Shown here piece after piece: positions 19,924-29,483 of a stretch of DNA of 64,000 nt. The translations under genes were made by a program, and so were the position numbers. The stretch lies in the IMG/VR virus record IMGVR_UViG_3300045988_101799, one strand, 5' to 3'. The notes beneath the pieces were generated by a model. The model did no database searches. It was not told where the DNA came from and was given only the letters and a program-made list of their open reading frames with translations. Position 1 is the first letter of the stretch; every line of letters begins with the position of its first letter. The stretch comes from a virus.

Positions 19924-20667
19924 TTACATGAGGTTAAGTCCGGGGCACTGCATGATGCCGCCATTCTGAATAATGTTCGGAGCCTGATACGTGCCCTGAC
20001 GATATTTGCGCAGGTGGTCGTTCAGGTATTTGACGGCAAGGCCGTAGCTGTCCGTCCCCATTTGGGTATTGCCCTGCTCGTTATAGACCACGGCCAGCAT
20101 CATCGCCTTCAATGCGGGAAGACATCCGGGGTAGATACGAACCTCCTTGTCCTCCCATGCCGCGTCATCATAAATGTTAAGGGACAGGCCGCGCAATGCG
20201 CACCGTGCCGAAACCGTCATGACGTTGCTCGTAGGATTATCGTTGATGCCGTTACTGCCAGACAATACCGAGTAGGTACGGAGGTTCTGTTCATTCAGCC
20301 CCATGTCCAGCATGATAGCATGATAGCCGCTGTCGTGCTTGGGATATTCGGAACGGAACCAAGTATTGCTTTCGAACATGGCCCGGTCGATGATGTTGTA
20401 TTTCTTGCCGCTGGGCGACCATGCCTCGACAATACTATCATATTCTTCGGGCAGGGAGATAGAACCCCCGCGAGGGATTCCTTCAAAGTCCAAGGTATCC
20501 ACGGAATCCGGGGATACCGTGGCCTCATTGAGCAGGAGGTTCTGCGCTTCCTTCAATATGCGACGGAAGTCAACGTTGGACTTTGACGGCGGCTGGTTTG
20601 TAATGAGCATACAAAGCTCGTCACAAACATTGCGATAGGTCAAATAGGATTTGGTAATAAATGCCAT
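19924..20667 (-). CDS. hypothetical virion/tail protein
   Basis: 247-aa ORF abutting the neighbouring structural genes. Confidence 0.45.
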   Translation of the reverse strand: MAFITKSYLTYRNVCDELCMLITNQPPSKSNVDFRRILKEAQNLLLNEATVSPDSVDTLDFEGIPRGGSISLPEEYDSIVEAWSPSGKKYNIIDRAMFESNTWFRSEYPKHDSGYHAIMLDMGLNEQNLRTYSVLSGSNGINDNPTSNVMTVSARCALRGLSLNIYDDAAWEDKEVRIYPGCLPALKAMMLAVVYNEQGNTQMGTDSYGLAVKYLNDHLRKYRQGTYQAPNIIQNGGIMQCPGLNLM

Positions 20668-20671
20668 AAGC

Positions 20672-23563
20672 TTAACTGGGAGGATAGATTGTTACTTTCT
20701 TGCAAAGCATTCCACCGTTCCACGGGGATGCGTAATAGGAGGTCACGGGTTTCCAATCTGTGTGGGTAGTTCCCGGAAAGTTCGTATTAAACCCGCCGGG
20801 AAGCCACTTGGCGTCCTGATTGCCGATAGTTACGGATATAGTCAGCGGGCCGTGGAGGCATGCGGGCAGACGGTAATCGCAAAGCGGTGAAGAGAAATAT
20901 CCACTGTTCGTCGTGAACTGTACCGACGTCCCAAGGCCCCAGCCTTTAGGCCATGTACCATCAGGGGAGAAGGCTTCCTCTACCACGGCGGTGCAAGGGC
21001 CGGAGTAACTGTCCCTCATCATCTTGGTCTGCGGGAAGTACTTGCCCTCCTGTCTACCGGAGAGGTCGGGCCTCGTATCCCACGGAATCCAATAAACCGA
21101 ACCGAACACGGCAGGGAAACTGTAGTTCATCGTCGTGGTATATTTTTTGTAGTACCCGATTCCCGGAATCTGCATGTAACTATCTACGGCGTAACAGGGG
21201 TTCACCCATTGGCGCAGGACGACGCGTTGAATCTTATCACTTGTCGCGACCTTCTTAAAGGTAGACCCCGTAAGTGCGCACAGGGTAAGATTAAATTGGA
21301 AATAGGGAAACTTTTGCCCGCTGTAGGATAGCGTCAGTTTATTGACTACCTCCGCATTGAGAACATAATCCCCAGCATGGTATTCCTGCTTAGCGGCAGT
21401 GGTGTTCTGAACCGTAAGAACCTTTTGCGTATCTAGGTCCACGGTTTCTACGTCAATGTCGAACGCCTTCTCACCATTAATCAGAATGGGAATAGTGCCA
21501 TTGATTGCAGACCCTCTGGGATTAGCTATGACTACTAGGTTAAGCCGCCCATATTGGATGTCCAGATATGCCCCCTGTATCCCGGAAGGAAGCGACCCTA
21601 CGGAGAACATCATTTCAGAAGTATACGAAGCATCTCGTTGAAAGAAGGTAAGCCCTTGGGCGTTTCCTACGGGGAAGGTCCAAGTTTCGTTCGTAACAAT
21701 TTCGGCATACAGGGTGGACTGAATAACGGTCTCCATATCTATCTTAACCTGTCCGTCTTCGGTGTACCACGGGCCTTGTGGATTGACGGCAAAGTATGCG
21801 TAGTCAAGCCAGAAGGTCCCCGGCGAATAAGTTGTAGGATAGCTGTTCTGAATATACAGGTTCCACAATCGTTTATCACGGAAATAGATGCCGAAGTTTC
21901 CTCCCCTGTCAGAGGTAGAACCGTCGGGTGGAGCACTAAGAATCCCGCTAACGCCCATAAAACCTTGGTACTCTGGGTAGTTAGGGTCGTTCATACCGTA
22001 GTTCAAATAGGGAATGCCCAGTATCTCGGTAGGGATTACGGAATCTTCTTGAACCGTCAGGTCCCAAGATTCCACATTTTCAATAGTAGTCCACCTCATG
22101 TCAGGGACGGTGACGGGAACCAGCGTAACAGGCTTCTCCAACTTCCGGCCATAGTAGGTATTGCCCACGGCATCCGTGTATTTCTTGAACCCTTCTTCCT
22201 GCCAATCGGTGTCGAAGTCAGTGCTCGGATTATGTACAATCTTCCGCAGTACAGGATAGACCTGATTGGTTATCCTATCAAACGAGGATTCCCAGAACTC
22301 GTCAATCTGGTCGTAGGTGGTGCAACTCTTTCGCGTTTCCTTGTGGCTATATCCTTCATGTACTACCACAGAGGAATCTACACGCCATTGGCTACAGTTC
22401 TCGCCGGGGTCAGGAGGGTCAATCGCCGGGACATCGCCGTTCGCTGTCCAGTCAACGGACTGGCTAGTCGTCACTGTCGTATTGATGCACCGGACAAAAC
22501 GGGAATCAGGGTTACAACAATTACCGGAGAGGCTGTTCTGTTCCTCTTTCTCCGTGATGTTGCTGTTCCGTTTGTACATAGATACAAGGGTGTACATCTG
22601 CGTACTCGGATAACTGCCCTTGTCCCAGCCCGCACTAACGGGCTTATTGTCCAGTTCAAGGAGGGGCATGTGAGGAATGCGGGCCTGACCCGGTTCCGTC
22701 CCTCCACCATCGACGGGCCAAAGCGGCGCGGCCCAGACCTCTCTCGATAACTTAATTGCAGTCTGCGCCACCCATTCAGATTCGGGCAGGGACGTTCCCG
22801 GACCACCTTCATCCCACACCGTATCTCCCTTCTGCCAAATGTTATAAGGGACGAACTCTTTAACCACCGGGCCGGGCAGGGTTTTATACACGCGGATGAC
22901 CTTACGAAAGTACTTGCGCAGGTGTTCCTCTTCGAACTGGGCTACTTCTTCATATACCAGCTGGGCATCGTATGCCGTGTAGAAATGCTGGTCATAGAAG
23001 TCAGGGTCAAGCTTTTCGTTGCTGGGGTCAAACGAGCCAAGGGGGAGCGGGGCATACGCGGAATCCGTGGGTTCCACCCATTCCCGTGTAATCTCGTAGA
23101 AGTCCTTCAACTCTTCCGTGTCTGCATCCGGACCCATGAACTTACCCGTAGCGGCAGTATCTTTCAACGTATAGCCGTCACGGATTTTCTTCATGTCCTG
23201 AATGTTATATCGGAACTGCTGTTCCGGTGGGACCATGTAGTAGAAACGATAAACGTGCTGTCTCGCCGCCTCATTGACGGGTTCGACATGCACGAGAACT
23301 GCATCCCGCATAAACGGGAGGAAGGTCGTACCTGCGGTAGGTACGAACGGGGTTCCCAATTCAATGGTAATCTCGCTGGGATTCTTGGCAATCCTCTCAA
23401 CGAAGAACATCACGTTCTTTACCACAGGAGTGGGAAAGTTAATTATCGGCTCACCCATTGGCCTGTCAGGACTGAACCCATTGCGCCACGTGGAATCCGT
23501 GGTTCCAATGGGTATCGTCGGAGGCTGTGGGTTGGAGGCCGGAGTGTTAGGAATTAAGGCCAT
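20672..23563 (-). CDS. large tail/baseplate-type structural protein
   Basis: Roughly 960-aa ORF (start trimmed to MALIPNTP at 23563); size and position suggest a tail component. Confidence 0.5.
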   Translation of the reverse strand: MALIPNTPASNPQPPTIPIGTTDSTWRNGFSPDRPMGEPIINFPTPVVKNVMFFVERIAKNPSEITIELGTPFVPTAGTTFLPFMRDAVLVHVEPVNEAARQHVYRFYYMVPPEQQFRYNIQDMKKIRDGYTLKDTAATGKFMGPDADTEELKDFYEITREWVEPTDSAYAPLPLGSFDPSNEKLDPDFYDQHFYTAYDAQLVYEEVAQFEEEHLRKYFRKVIRVYKTLPGPVVKEFVPYNIWQKGDTVWDEGGPGTSLPESEWVAQTAIKLSREVWAAPLWPVDGGGTEPGQARIPHMPLLELDNKPVSAGWDKGSYPSTQMYTLVSMYKRNSNITEKEEQNSLSGNCCNPDSRFVRCINTTVTTSQSVDWTANGDVPAIDPPDPGENCSQWRVDSSVVVHEGYSHKETRKSCTTYDQIDEFWESSFDRITNQVYPVLRKIVHNPSTDFDTDWQEEGFKKYTDAVGNTYYGRKLEKPVTLVPVTVPDMRWTTIENVESWDLTVQEDSVIPTEILGIPYLNYGMNDPNYPEYQGFMGVSGILSAPPDGSTSDRGGNFGIYFRDKRLWNLYIQNSYPTTYSPGTFWLDYAYFAVNPQGPWYTEDGQVKIDMETVIQSTLYAEIVTNETWTFPVGNAQGLTFFQRDASYTSEMMFSVGSLPSGIQGAYLDIQYGRLNLVVIANPRGSAINGTIPILINGEKAFDIDVETVDLDTQKVLTVQNTTAAKQEYHAGDYVLNAEVVNKLTLSYSGQKFPYFQFNLTLCALTGSTFKKVATSDKIQRVVLRQWVNPCYAVDSYMQIPGIGYYKKYTTTMNYSFPAVFGSVYWIPWDTRPDLSGRQEGKYFPQTKMMRDSYSGPCTAVVEEAFSPDGTWPKGWGLGTSVQFTTNSGYFSSPLCDYRLPACLHGPLTISVTIGNQDAKWLPGGFNTNFPGTTHTDWKPVTSYYASPWNGGMLCKKVTIYPPS

Positions 23564-24059
23564 GTATATTGGTTTGATAGAACGGCATGATTGCACCGGG
23601 AAGCGGGGGTGTCCACAACATGTGCACATGTCCGTTCAACGTTAATTGCATTGGTTCTCCCCGCTGAAAACTTACTGTCTCGCCCCGATAATAGGTGCGG
23701 TTTGTTCTCCTGTCAATAACATATCCTCGTATGACAAGTAATTTATGGCTTCTCTCCGCGTCAATGATTCTCGGCAGTTGAACTTCTTCACGAGTTTTAA
23801 CCTGTGTAACCGAAGAGGTAAGGGTTTCTCCGTCATAACGAACTCCTACTTTCCCCCGTAAAAAATAGGCCCACTGGTTTCTGGGCAGTTTCAGCTCACC
23901 CTCGCGACCAAGAGGAAGGGAGGCATAGAACCGATTCCTTGAGCGGAGTTTTTCAGTACACGCACGGAGGCTTTCCTGTAATTGATTAAGATTCTGGGTC
24001 AACTCGTTTTCGAGTTGTTCCTGCTCGGGGCTTTTTCGGAACAGATTGAATAGTTTCAT
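23547..24059 (-). CDS. hypothetical protein
   Basis: 170-aa ORF. Confidence 0.4.
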   Translation of the reverse strand: MKLFNLFRKSPEQEQLENELTQNLNQLQESLRACTEKLRSRNRFYASLPLGREGELKLPRNQWAYFLRGKVGVRYDGETLTSSVTQVKTREEVQLPRIIDAERSHKLLVIRGYVIDRRTNRTYYRGETVSFQRGEPMQLTLNGHVHMLWTPPLPGAIMPFYQTNIHGLNS

Positions 24060-24408
24060 TTCTGTCGGAGGGGTGTGTATCTTGTTGCGAGATAGCGTAG
24101 AAGGCGCGGTCGATTATCTCTTCATGGTCGCTTCGTAGATTGTCTATTTTTCCATGTAGTTGGTCTAGAGAATCATCCAACTCGGATATAACTCTTAGAG
24201 CTTCTTGCAATAGTATGAGAAATGACTTCTCCTTGTCAAGACTAAACTCTATCTTTTTTGAGAGGTACTTATATGCCAGCTTTACTGCCACGTAAATAAC
24301 TCCCACAAATACGAGATATGCGGGAGACATTTCATCGACGATACGAGTGAGAAACAATGCCCACACGTTGCCGTCAGTAGCATTAAGCTGTGCGATGAAA
24401 TTAAACAT
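23986..24408 (-). CDS. single-pass membrane protein, possible holin/lysis accessory
   Basis: TM segment LVFVGVIYVAVKLAY; lies immediately downstream of the endolysin-like gene. Confidence 0.35.
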   Translation of the reverse strand: MFNFIAQLNATDGNVWALFLTRIVDEMSPAYLVFVGVIYVAVKLAYKYLSKKIEFSLDKEKSFLILLQEALRVISELDDSLDQLHGKIDNLRSDHEEIIDRAFYAISQQDTHPSDRNETIQSVPKKPRAGTTRKRVDPES

Positions 24409-24475
24409 GGCGGCAAGGAATTACCTCACCACCATGTTAGCATTTGGGATTTAATGGGTCAAGAAAATTCCCTGC

Positions 24476-25234
24476 TTATTTCCTTGACAACAGAGTAAGA
24501 GCGTAGGCAAGCCGTGCATTGCATCGGTTGGACCAGCCGGAGAGAAACTTCGCCTTCACTGGATTGGCCCTTACAATGGAACAGTAGCGGGCACGACAAG
24601 CACGGTCCAGCGAATCGAGAACTACCTTTTCATCCCATGATTGAATGGCGTCTGTCCATTTGGCTTGGGTATTTTTCCCCCACTTGCCGTCAATACCAAG
24701 GTCGAGCATGCGCTGGACAACCTTGGTCGTTCCCGCCACACCCATGTTGAAGGTCATGTCGCGAAGCATGAACTCAATGGCGTAGCATCCTGCAACTCCC
24801 TTGGCAACCAGTGGTTCCGTATTGGCGAGAACATAGCGGAGACATTCATCCCATGCCGCATCTCTATCGCCCCGGTCCAACATGGATTTGATTAGATTGA
24901 ATTCCTTGGGTTCAATCCCATCACAGATACCTGCAATCTCCCACTTGCCACCGCCGTCACCAGAGGGGAGGCGAGTTACGCGCAGAGATTCCGGCCCGGT
25001 AATCTTGTAATCCTCCATGTTGAGAATCTTCTTAGCCATGCCCTTGCGGACAAGCTCTGCCGGGGACACGTATGCCGCGGATACCGGGGAATCGTTGGGT
25101 TGTTCATCGGGTACCGGGGATTCCGTGGGTTGTATCTTCTTCCATATAGCATCAATGGTCTTATCACCAAGGATACCGTCGGGCGTAGTTCCCGCCCACT
25201 TCTGTATTTCCTTAATTTTGTTTTTGCTTGTCAT
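24476..25234 (-). CDS. endolysin, GH108 lysozyme-like with N-terminal PG_binding_1 and C-terminal PG_binding_3-like region
   Basis: N-terminal TPDGILGDKTIDAIWK (peptidoglycan-binding motif); central GGKWEIAGI...YAIEFMLRDMTFNMG and C-terminal KFLSGWSNR resemble GH108/PG_binding_3. Confidence 0.55.
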   Translation of the reverse strand: MTSKNKIKEIQKWAGTTPDGILGDKTIDAIWKKIQPTESPVPDEQPNDSPVSAAYVSPAELVRKGMAKKILNMEDYKITGPESLRVTRLPSGDGGGKWEIAGICDGIEPKEFNLIKSMLDRGDRDAAWDECLRYVLANTEPLVAKGVAGCYAIEFMLRDMTFNMGVAGTTKVVQRMLDLGIDGKWGKNTQAKWTDAIQSWDEKVVLDSLDRACRARYCSIVRANPVKAKFLSGWSNRCNARLAYALTLLSRK

Positions 25235-25679
25235 TAGTTTTTTCTACTTTGATTCCATCCGAGGTTAGCTTCCCCAATGAGATTTGAAGGTTAATAATGT
25301 TCGCCATCGACTGGGCAATTTCTCTGGCCCAGCTTTCGAAGTGAAGAGTGCCCAATGGGGTGGCAATGTCCGTGAGAATGGTGGCAATAGTGTCCCCATT
25401 CATGGACACCCTCACGGCATCCGAGAATTCTTCTACCTTGGCTTTCGCGGGTAAGTGGTCGATTTCGTACCACATAACATCCTGTATCTCTTCGTCTTCA
25501 TCATCCGCTTGGGGATATTGGACACGAACGACACCAGCAACATCCTCGTCGGACATTACCCGGAGGATAGACCCTGTTGGGATGCTATCCCCACACATGC
25601 CACATCTCCCCGTATCTATCCGAAGAACAACGTCGCCGCACTTAAATCTGGTCTTAACTTTTCCGGGTCCTGCTTTCAT
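25212..25679 (-). CDS. hypothetical protein of the KxGDxV small-barrel family with CxxC
   Basis: FKCGDVVLRIDTGRCGMCGD; acidic C-terminal half. Confidence 0.45.
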   Translation of the reverse strand: MKAGPGKVKTRFKCGDVVLRIDTGRCGMCGDSIPTGSILRVMSDEDVAGVVRVQYPQADDEDEEIQDVMWYEIDHLPAKAKVEEFSDAVRVSMNGDTIATILTDIATPLGTLHFESWAREIAQSMANIINLQISLGKLTSDGIKVEKTNDKQKQN

Positions 25680-26091
25680 TTTCGTTTTTGGTTTTGTTTA
25701 TATCTGGTAATATGACATGCTCGTTGAGGTCTTCAACAATCTGCTTGGCCCAGTCCACTAATTCCTCGCACATATCGACCTCTTGGTCGCCCAGCCGGTA
25801 CTTGGTAGGTATGCGGAGAACGGGCTGATAGTTGAAGAGGATGATAGCCTCGTCCCGTGTGTATCGGACGAAGACTTCATGTTCGGTCTCTTCCACTAGC
25901 TCAAACTCATAGAAGGGATACCACTTCCCTTCGTTGTCCTCGGTCTTGATAAGGATGCAGTGGTTTCTATCTTCCCCGCTTTGAACATACGCTAAAGAAC
26001 CCTCCGCTAGGCTCTCCCATATTTCTGGATGTCTTCCTGTGTTGATGAACCGAACAAGGTCTCCCTTTTTGAATCTGCGTTTGTTAGTCAT
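25654..26091 (-). CDS. hypothetical protein, KxGDxV family
   Basis: Start trimmed to MTNKRRFKKGDLVRF at 26091; same N-terminal motif as 25212..25679 and 33741..34220. Confidence 0.45.
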   Translation of the reverse strand: MTNKRRFKKGDLVRFINTGRHPEIWESLAEGSLAYVQSGEDRNHCILIKTEDNEGKWYPFYEFELVEETEHEVFVRYTRDEAIILFNYQPVLRIPTKYRLGDQEVDMCEELVDWAKQIVEDLNEHVILPDINKTKNENESRTRKS

Positions 26092-26341
26092 TGAAGATTG
26101 GTTGTTCCTTTTCGACGAAGGTAATCCCCGTGTCGGATTCTTCCGTCGTGCATTTCTTAATCTTGTCACGAAGTTCGATTGCCATTTCGAGGGCGAAGTC
26201 TCTTGTCGGAAGTCCCTTCTCATCCTCATTCCTGTGATAGGGGAACATAGCGATACGGTAGTTTCGATGAATCACCGCAATGATTCCTGCTCGCGGGTAT
26301 TCCATTAAGAAGGTTTCCAGTAGATATTTATCGTTGGTCAT
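26084..26341 (-). CDS. tandem paralog family member E (about 85 aa)
   Basis: Start MTNDKYLL at 26341; 8-nt overlap with the downstream gene; shares the beta-beta-alpha pattern and the K-rich helix. Confidence 0.5.
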   Translation of the reverse strand: MTNDKYLLETFLMEYPRAGIIAVIHRNYRIAMFPYHRNEDEKGLPTRDFALEMAIELRDKIKKCTTEESDTGITFVEKEQPIFND

Positions 26342-26564
26342 TGTTGTTCCTTTTAAGTTTAAATCCTTTTTCGGTTTCGATAATCGTGCTCTTCTCAATT
26401 TTGTGGGCAATCTTCGTTGCCAGTTTCTTTGCCGCGTCTCGCGTCATGAAGCCCCGTTCGTCCCACTCTGTGTAGTAGAAAAATTGGGCAACGGCAATCC
26501 CATCATATTCCACTTCGAACCCGCCGAGCATTTTATTCTCGAAAATTCTTACTTTGTCGTTCAT
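26328..26564 (-). CDS. tandem paralog family member A2 (78 aa)
   Basis: MNDKVRIFENK...TRDAAKKLATKIAHKIEKS...KLKRNNNDQR; about 60% identity to the 27493 copy. Confidence 0.55.
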   Translation of the reverse strand: MNDKVRIFENKMLGGFEVEYDGIAVAQFFYYTEWDERGFMTRDAAKKLATKIAHKIEKSTIIETEKGFKLKRNNNDQR

Positions 26565-26567
26565 GAT

Positions 26568-26816
26568 TTATTCGTCTTGGATTGTACAGTCCGTCGGGCA
26601 AAGGTCAATGCCCCTTTCTGTCATAACGGGATTCGTGTGGATGAGATGGCGAGCAACCATCTTCGCCATTTCTATAGCCCTTTCGCGCGTGGGATAACAC
26701 TGTTCCTTCTCGCCTCCCTCCCGACAATAGTTAAAGATGGCAAAGGTAGCTCCCTCATATTTCACCTTGAGGATTCCTACTCTCTTATTATCTACAATAC
26801 TAATCTCGTTGGTCAT
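26568..26816 (-). CDS. tandem paralog family member D (about 82 aa)
   Basis: Start MTNEISIV at 26816; divergent copy. Confidence 0.5.
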   Translation of the reverse strand: MTNEISIVDNKRVGILKVKYEGATFAIFNYCREGGEKEQCYPTRERAIEMAKMVARHLIHTNPVMTERGIDLCPTDCTIQDE

Positions 26817-27042
26817 TGTTGTTCCTTTTAAGTTTAAATCCTTTTTTGGTTTTGATGGTCGTACTATTTTCAATTTTGCGGACTAGCTTCTCGGTCAGCT
26901 TCTTGGCTTGCTTCTTGGTGAAATGTCCTTCCTCGCCTTCCGTGCAATAGTAAAAGGCGGCAACGCAACAGTTTTCAAGCATGACCCGGAAAAATCCGGC
27001 AATGGGGTCATCTACGGTGGTAATATTTAGAGTGTCAGTCAT
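26800..27042 (-). CDS. tandem paralog family member B2 (80 aa)
   Basis: MTDTLNITTVDDP...FTKKQAKKLTEKL; about 75% identity to the 27264 copy. Confidence 0.55.
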   Translation of the reverse strand: MTDTLNITTVDDPIAGFFRVMLENCCVAAFYYCTEGEEGHFTKKQAKKLTEKLVRKIENSTTIKTKKGFKLKRNNNDQRD

Positions 27043-27271
27043 TAGTATTGTTCCTTTTAAGTTTGATTCCCATCTTTGTTTCTATGACCGTGCTCTTCTC
27101 AATTTTGCGGGCGAGCTTGATGGCTAGTTTCTTAGCTTGCTTCTTGGTGAAGAAGCCGCTTTCATCTGCCACGCAATAGTTGAAAACGGCGACGCAACTT
27201 CCTCTGTGCCTGACGTGGAACATTCCGCTAGTAGGGAGGTCATAAACACGGGTATCTGAATCGTTATTCAT
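27035..27271 (-). CDS. tandem paralog family member C (78 aa)
   Basis: MNNDSDTRVYDLP...FTKKQAKKLAIKLARKIEKS. Confidence 0.55.
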   Translation of the reverse strand: MNNDSDTRVYDLPTSGMFHVRHRGSCVAVFNYCVADESGFFTKKQAKKLAIKLARKIEKSTVIETKMGIKLKRNNTND

Positions 27272-27500
27272 TGATGTTGTTCCTTTCCAATTTGATTCCC
27301 TTTTCGGTTTCGATAATCATGCTCTTCTTAATTTTGCGGGAGAGCTTGTCGGCCAGTTTCTTAGCTTGCTTCTTGGTGAAGAAGCCACTATCATCTTTCG
27401 CGCAATAGTAAAAGGTGGCAACGCAACAGTTTTCAAGCAGGACCCAGAAAAATCCGATATCGGGGTCATCTATGGTGGTAATATTTAGAGTGTCAGTCAT
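27264..27500 (-). CDS. tandem paralog family member B1 (78 aa)
   Basis: MTDTLNITTIDDP...FTKKQAKKLADKL. Confidence 0.55.
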   Translation of the reverse strand: MTDTLNITTIDDPDIGFFWVLLENCCVATFYYCAKDDSGFFTKKQAKKLADKLSRKIKKSMIIETEKGIKLERNNINE

Positions 27501-27732
27501 TGGTGTTGAAATAGATTTGGTTAAGTGATACTCCCTCGATGGTACAAACTGTCCCTCTGCTAACTACGTAGCGGGCAATCTTCGTTGCCAGTTTCTTTGC
27601 GGAATCTCGTGTCATATATCCTTGTTCACCAGAGCCAGTGCAGTAAAGAAAATCTGCAATGACACTTCCACAGTGAGTTACTCGGAAGAATCCAAATCCT
27701 TTGTCTTCTAAAATAGCTACTTTGTCGTTCAT
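27493..27732 (-). CDS. tandem paralog family member A1 (79 aa)
   Basis: MNDKVAILEDK...TRDSAKKLATKIARYV. Confidence 0.55.
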   Translation of the reverse strand: MNDKVAILEDKGFGFFRVTHCGSVIADFLYCTGSGEQGYMTRDSAKKLATKIARYVVSRGTVCTIEGVSLNQIYFNTND

Positions 27733-27743
27733 GATTTATTCGT

Positions 27744-28253
27744 CTATACGTTTGCGGTTTCAATTTTTGAGGGGTCGCCGGGAATGGCAATCTCCCAACA
27801 GAAGGAGGCGATGAAATCGTTGCGAAGAGTTACCTCTTCTCCGACTTTATACCATCCGTCGGGAAGGAGATAATCCCTCTTCATATCAATGGCGGCTCCT
27901 GCCTCTATTGGTTCCAACGCCATGAAACGGTAGTCCCATTCGTTGTTTTCCGTCTTAAAGGATTGCAGGATGAACCAAGGGGTAACGTCGGCGGCTTCAT
28001 CCCCATCTTCGGTTTCCTCCCCAGTAGGCGTTCCTACGACGCGGGCACAATAACCGTTCCTCATGTTCTCCAAGGCAACCCCGAAGGGCAGGTTGAAGTG
28101 AGAGAGGGAATAGGCAATAACGCCCCATGTCAAGGACCGGGCGCGGGAGCAAACCCCGTCAAGCCTTGGAAGTACCGTGGCTATTACTTCGGGGTTGCTC
28201 TCCGGGCCGTCGGAGCAGAGGAAAAATTCTCGGACGCGAGTTGTTGTAGGCAT
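27744..28253 (-). CDS. hypothetical protein
   Basis: 169-aa ORF. Confidence 0.45.
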   Translation of the reverse strand: MPTTTRVREFFLCSDGPESNPEVIATVLPRLDGVCSRARSLTWGVIAYSLSHFNLPFGVALENMRNGYCARVVGTPTGEETEDGDEAADVTPWFILQSFKTENNEWDYRFMALEPIEAGAAIDMKRDYLLPDGWYKVGEEVTLRNDFIASFCWEIAIPGDPSKIETANV

Positions 28254-28261
28254 GGGTTCTA

Positions 28262-28714
28262 TTAGACGATTTGAAGAGTGAAGGGGAAGGTGCGGGTCCA
28301 GTCAACCGTATTGGAGAACTCAACAGTCATCCAGTAGGTCCCGGCAGGATATTCGTCAGAATCTAATTCAAAGATGTCCGTAGAAAGGATAATGGTGTCA
28401 GCAGTGCCTCCGGGTTTCACCGAGGACGTCATGCCAGACGCGACTGTCTTCCATACAGGCAAGGCTCCGGCGTTGAGCGGGGCTAACTGAATCTTCCATG
28501 CAAAGGGGCTTGACGGGGAGACGTTGACAAGAAGAGCGGAGGCATGGGAGAAATTAAATTGGAGGTCTCCCTTAAATCCTGCGCCAAAATGGAGGGCAAG
28601 GGAGGACATTCCATGCTGAACTTCCAACGTGGGATTTACGCTTACCTGTTCATAGTTCGCCTTGCGAATGAACTGTCCGAGGCTTCCGTCAAAATATAAT
28701 TGGTTCGTGTTCAT
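28262..28714 (-). CDS. hypothetical beta-rich protein
   Basis: 150-aa ORF. Confidence 0.45.
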   Translation of the reverse strand: MNTNQLYFDGSLGQFIRKANYEQVSVNPTLEVQHGMSSLALHFGAGFKGDLQFNFSHASALLVNVSPSSPFAWKIQLAPLNAGALPVWKTVASGMTSSVKPGGTADTIILSTDIFELDSDEYPAGTYWMTVEFSNTVDWTRTFPFTLQIV

Positions 28715-28728
28715 GGTGTGAATGAAGA

Positions 28729-29406
28729 TTAAATATTGTGTTTGGGTTTGTCAACCATAATCTGCACGCGGCGCGGATAATCCGCAGAGCAGGGAGCGGT
28801 GCTTGCGCTCTTTTCCCAGCCGCGTTTCACGGCGATGTCGAGAACCTCCTTGTCGTATTGGTAGTCGAGGCTCACTCCGAAGTGTCCGGCGAACGCGTCA
28901 TGATAGACATAATAGATACTTCTCATTTTCTTAATGGCTTTCAGGTCGCTATCGTGCCGGAACCCCCACACACTACCGTCAACTATACTGGTCCATGCAG
29001 GGAAGTCTTCGATGGCCGCCCGCTTCATTCCCATGTATGCGGAGATGAAGATGACATCTTTCTCGGTAGCTATCTGGCTAGCCATAACATCGAGAAGGTC
29101 CGCTTCGCGCACCGGGCATTGAGTATCGAGCACCATGATGTCCATTCCCGCATGCTCTGCGGCGATGGAGAGGATGGCTTCATCGGGTGCGTCAGGGACG
29201 CGGGCAACGTTCAGCCCCTCCGCTTTGGCCCATGAAAGAACGCCAAGGTCCTCGGACATGACAGTAATGCGCTCGCCGGGGATGTGCAGGGATTTAAGAT
29301 AATTGACCGTGTAATGGATTAGGTTTGATTCCCTCTCCGGCCAATGAAGGGAGGGGTTATACGAGCTAATGATGTAATGGAAGTTATTGTCCATGCCCGC
29401 CATCAT
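28729..29406 (-). CDS. putative cytidylyltransferase-like (NeuA/KdsB-type, GT-A fold) nucleotide-sugar enzyme
   Basis: Pattern ERITVMSEDLGVLSWAKAEGLNVARVPD...MDIMVLDTQCPVREADL resembles CTP_transf_3 family cytidylyltransferases; tentative. Confidence 0.35.
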   Translation of the reverse strand: MMAGMDNNFHYIISSYNPSLHWPERESNLIHYTVNYLKSLHIPGERITVMSEDLGVLSWAKAEGLNVARVPDAPDEAILSIAAEHAGMDIMVLDTQCPVREADLLDVMASQIATEKDVIFISAYMGMKRAAIEDFPAWTSIVDGSVWGFRHDSDLKAIKKMRSIYYVYHDAFAGHFGVSLDYQYDKEVLDIAVKRGWEKSASTAPCSADYPRRVQIMVDKPKHNI

Positions 29407-29483
29407 ACACAGAAGAAGATTCTGGTCAAGAAATTTTTAATTGGTATGACACAACCGCACACGCTAGTGCCGAGGGTGCAACG

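Noticed and set aside
19358-19969. 203-aa plus-strand ORF rich in Arg/Gly
   Set aside because: Antisense to the Ala/Pro/Thr-rich minus-strand gene 18785..19921; its composition is the mirror image of GCN-rich codons
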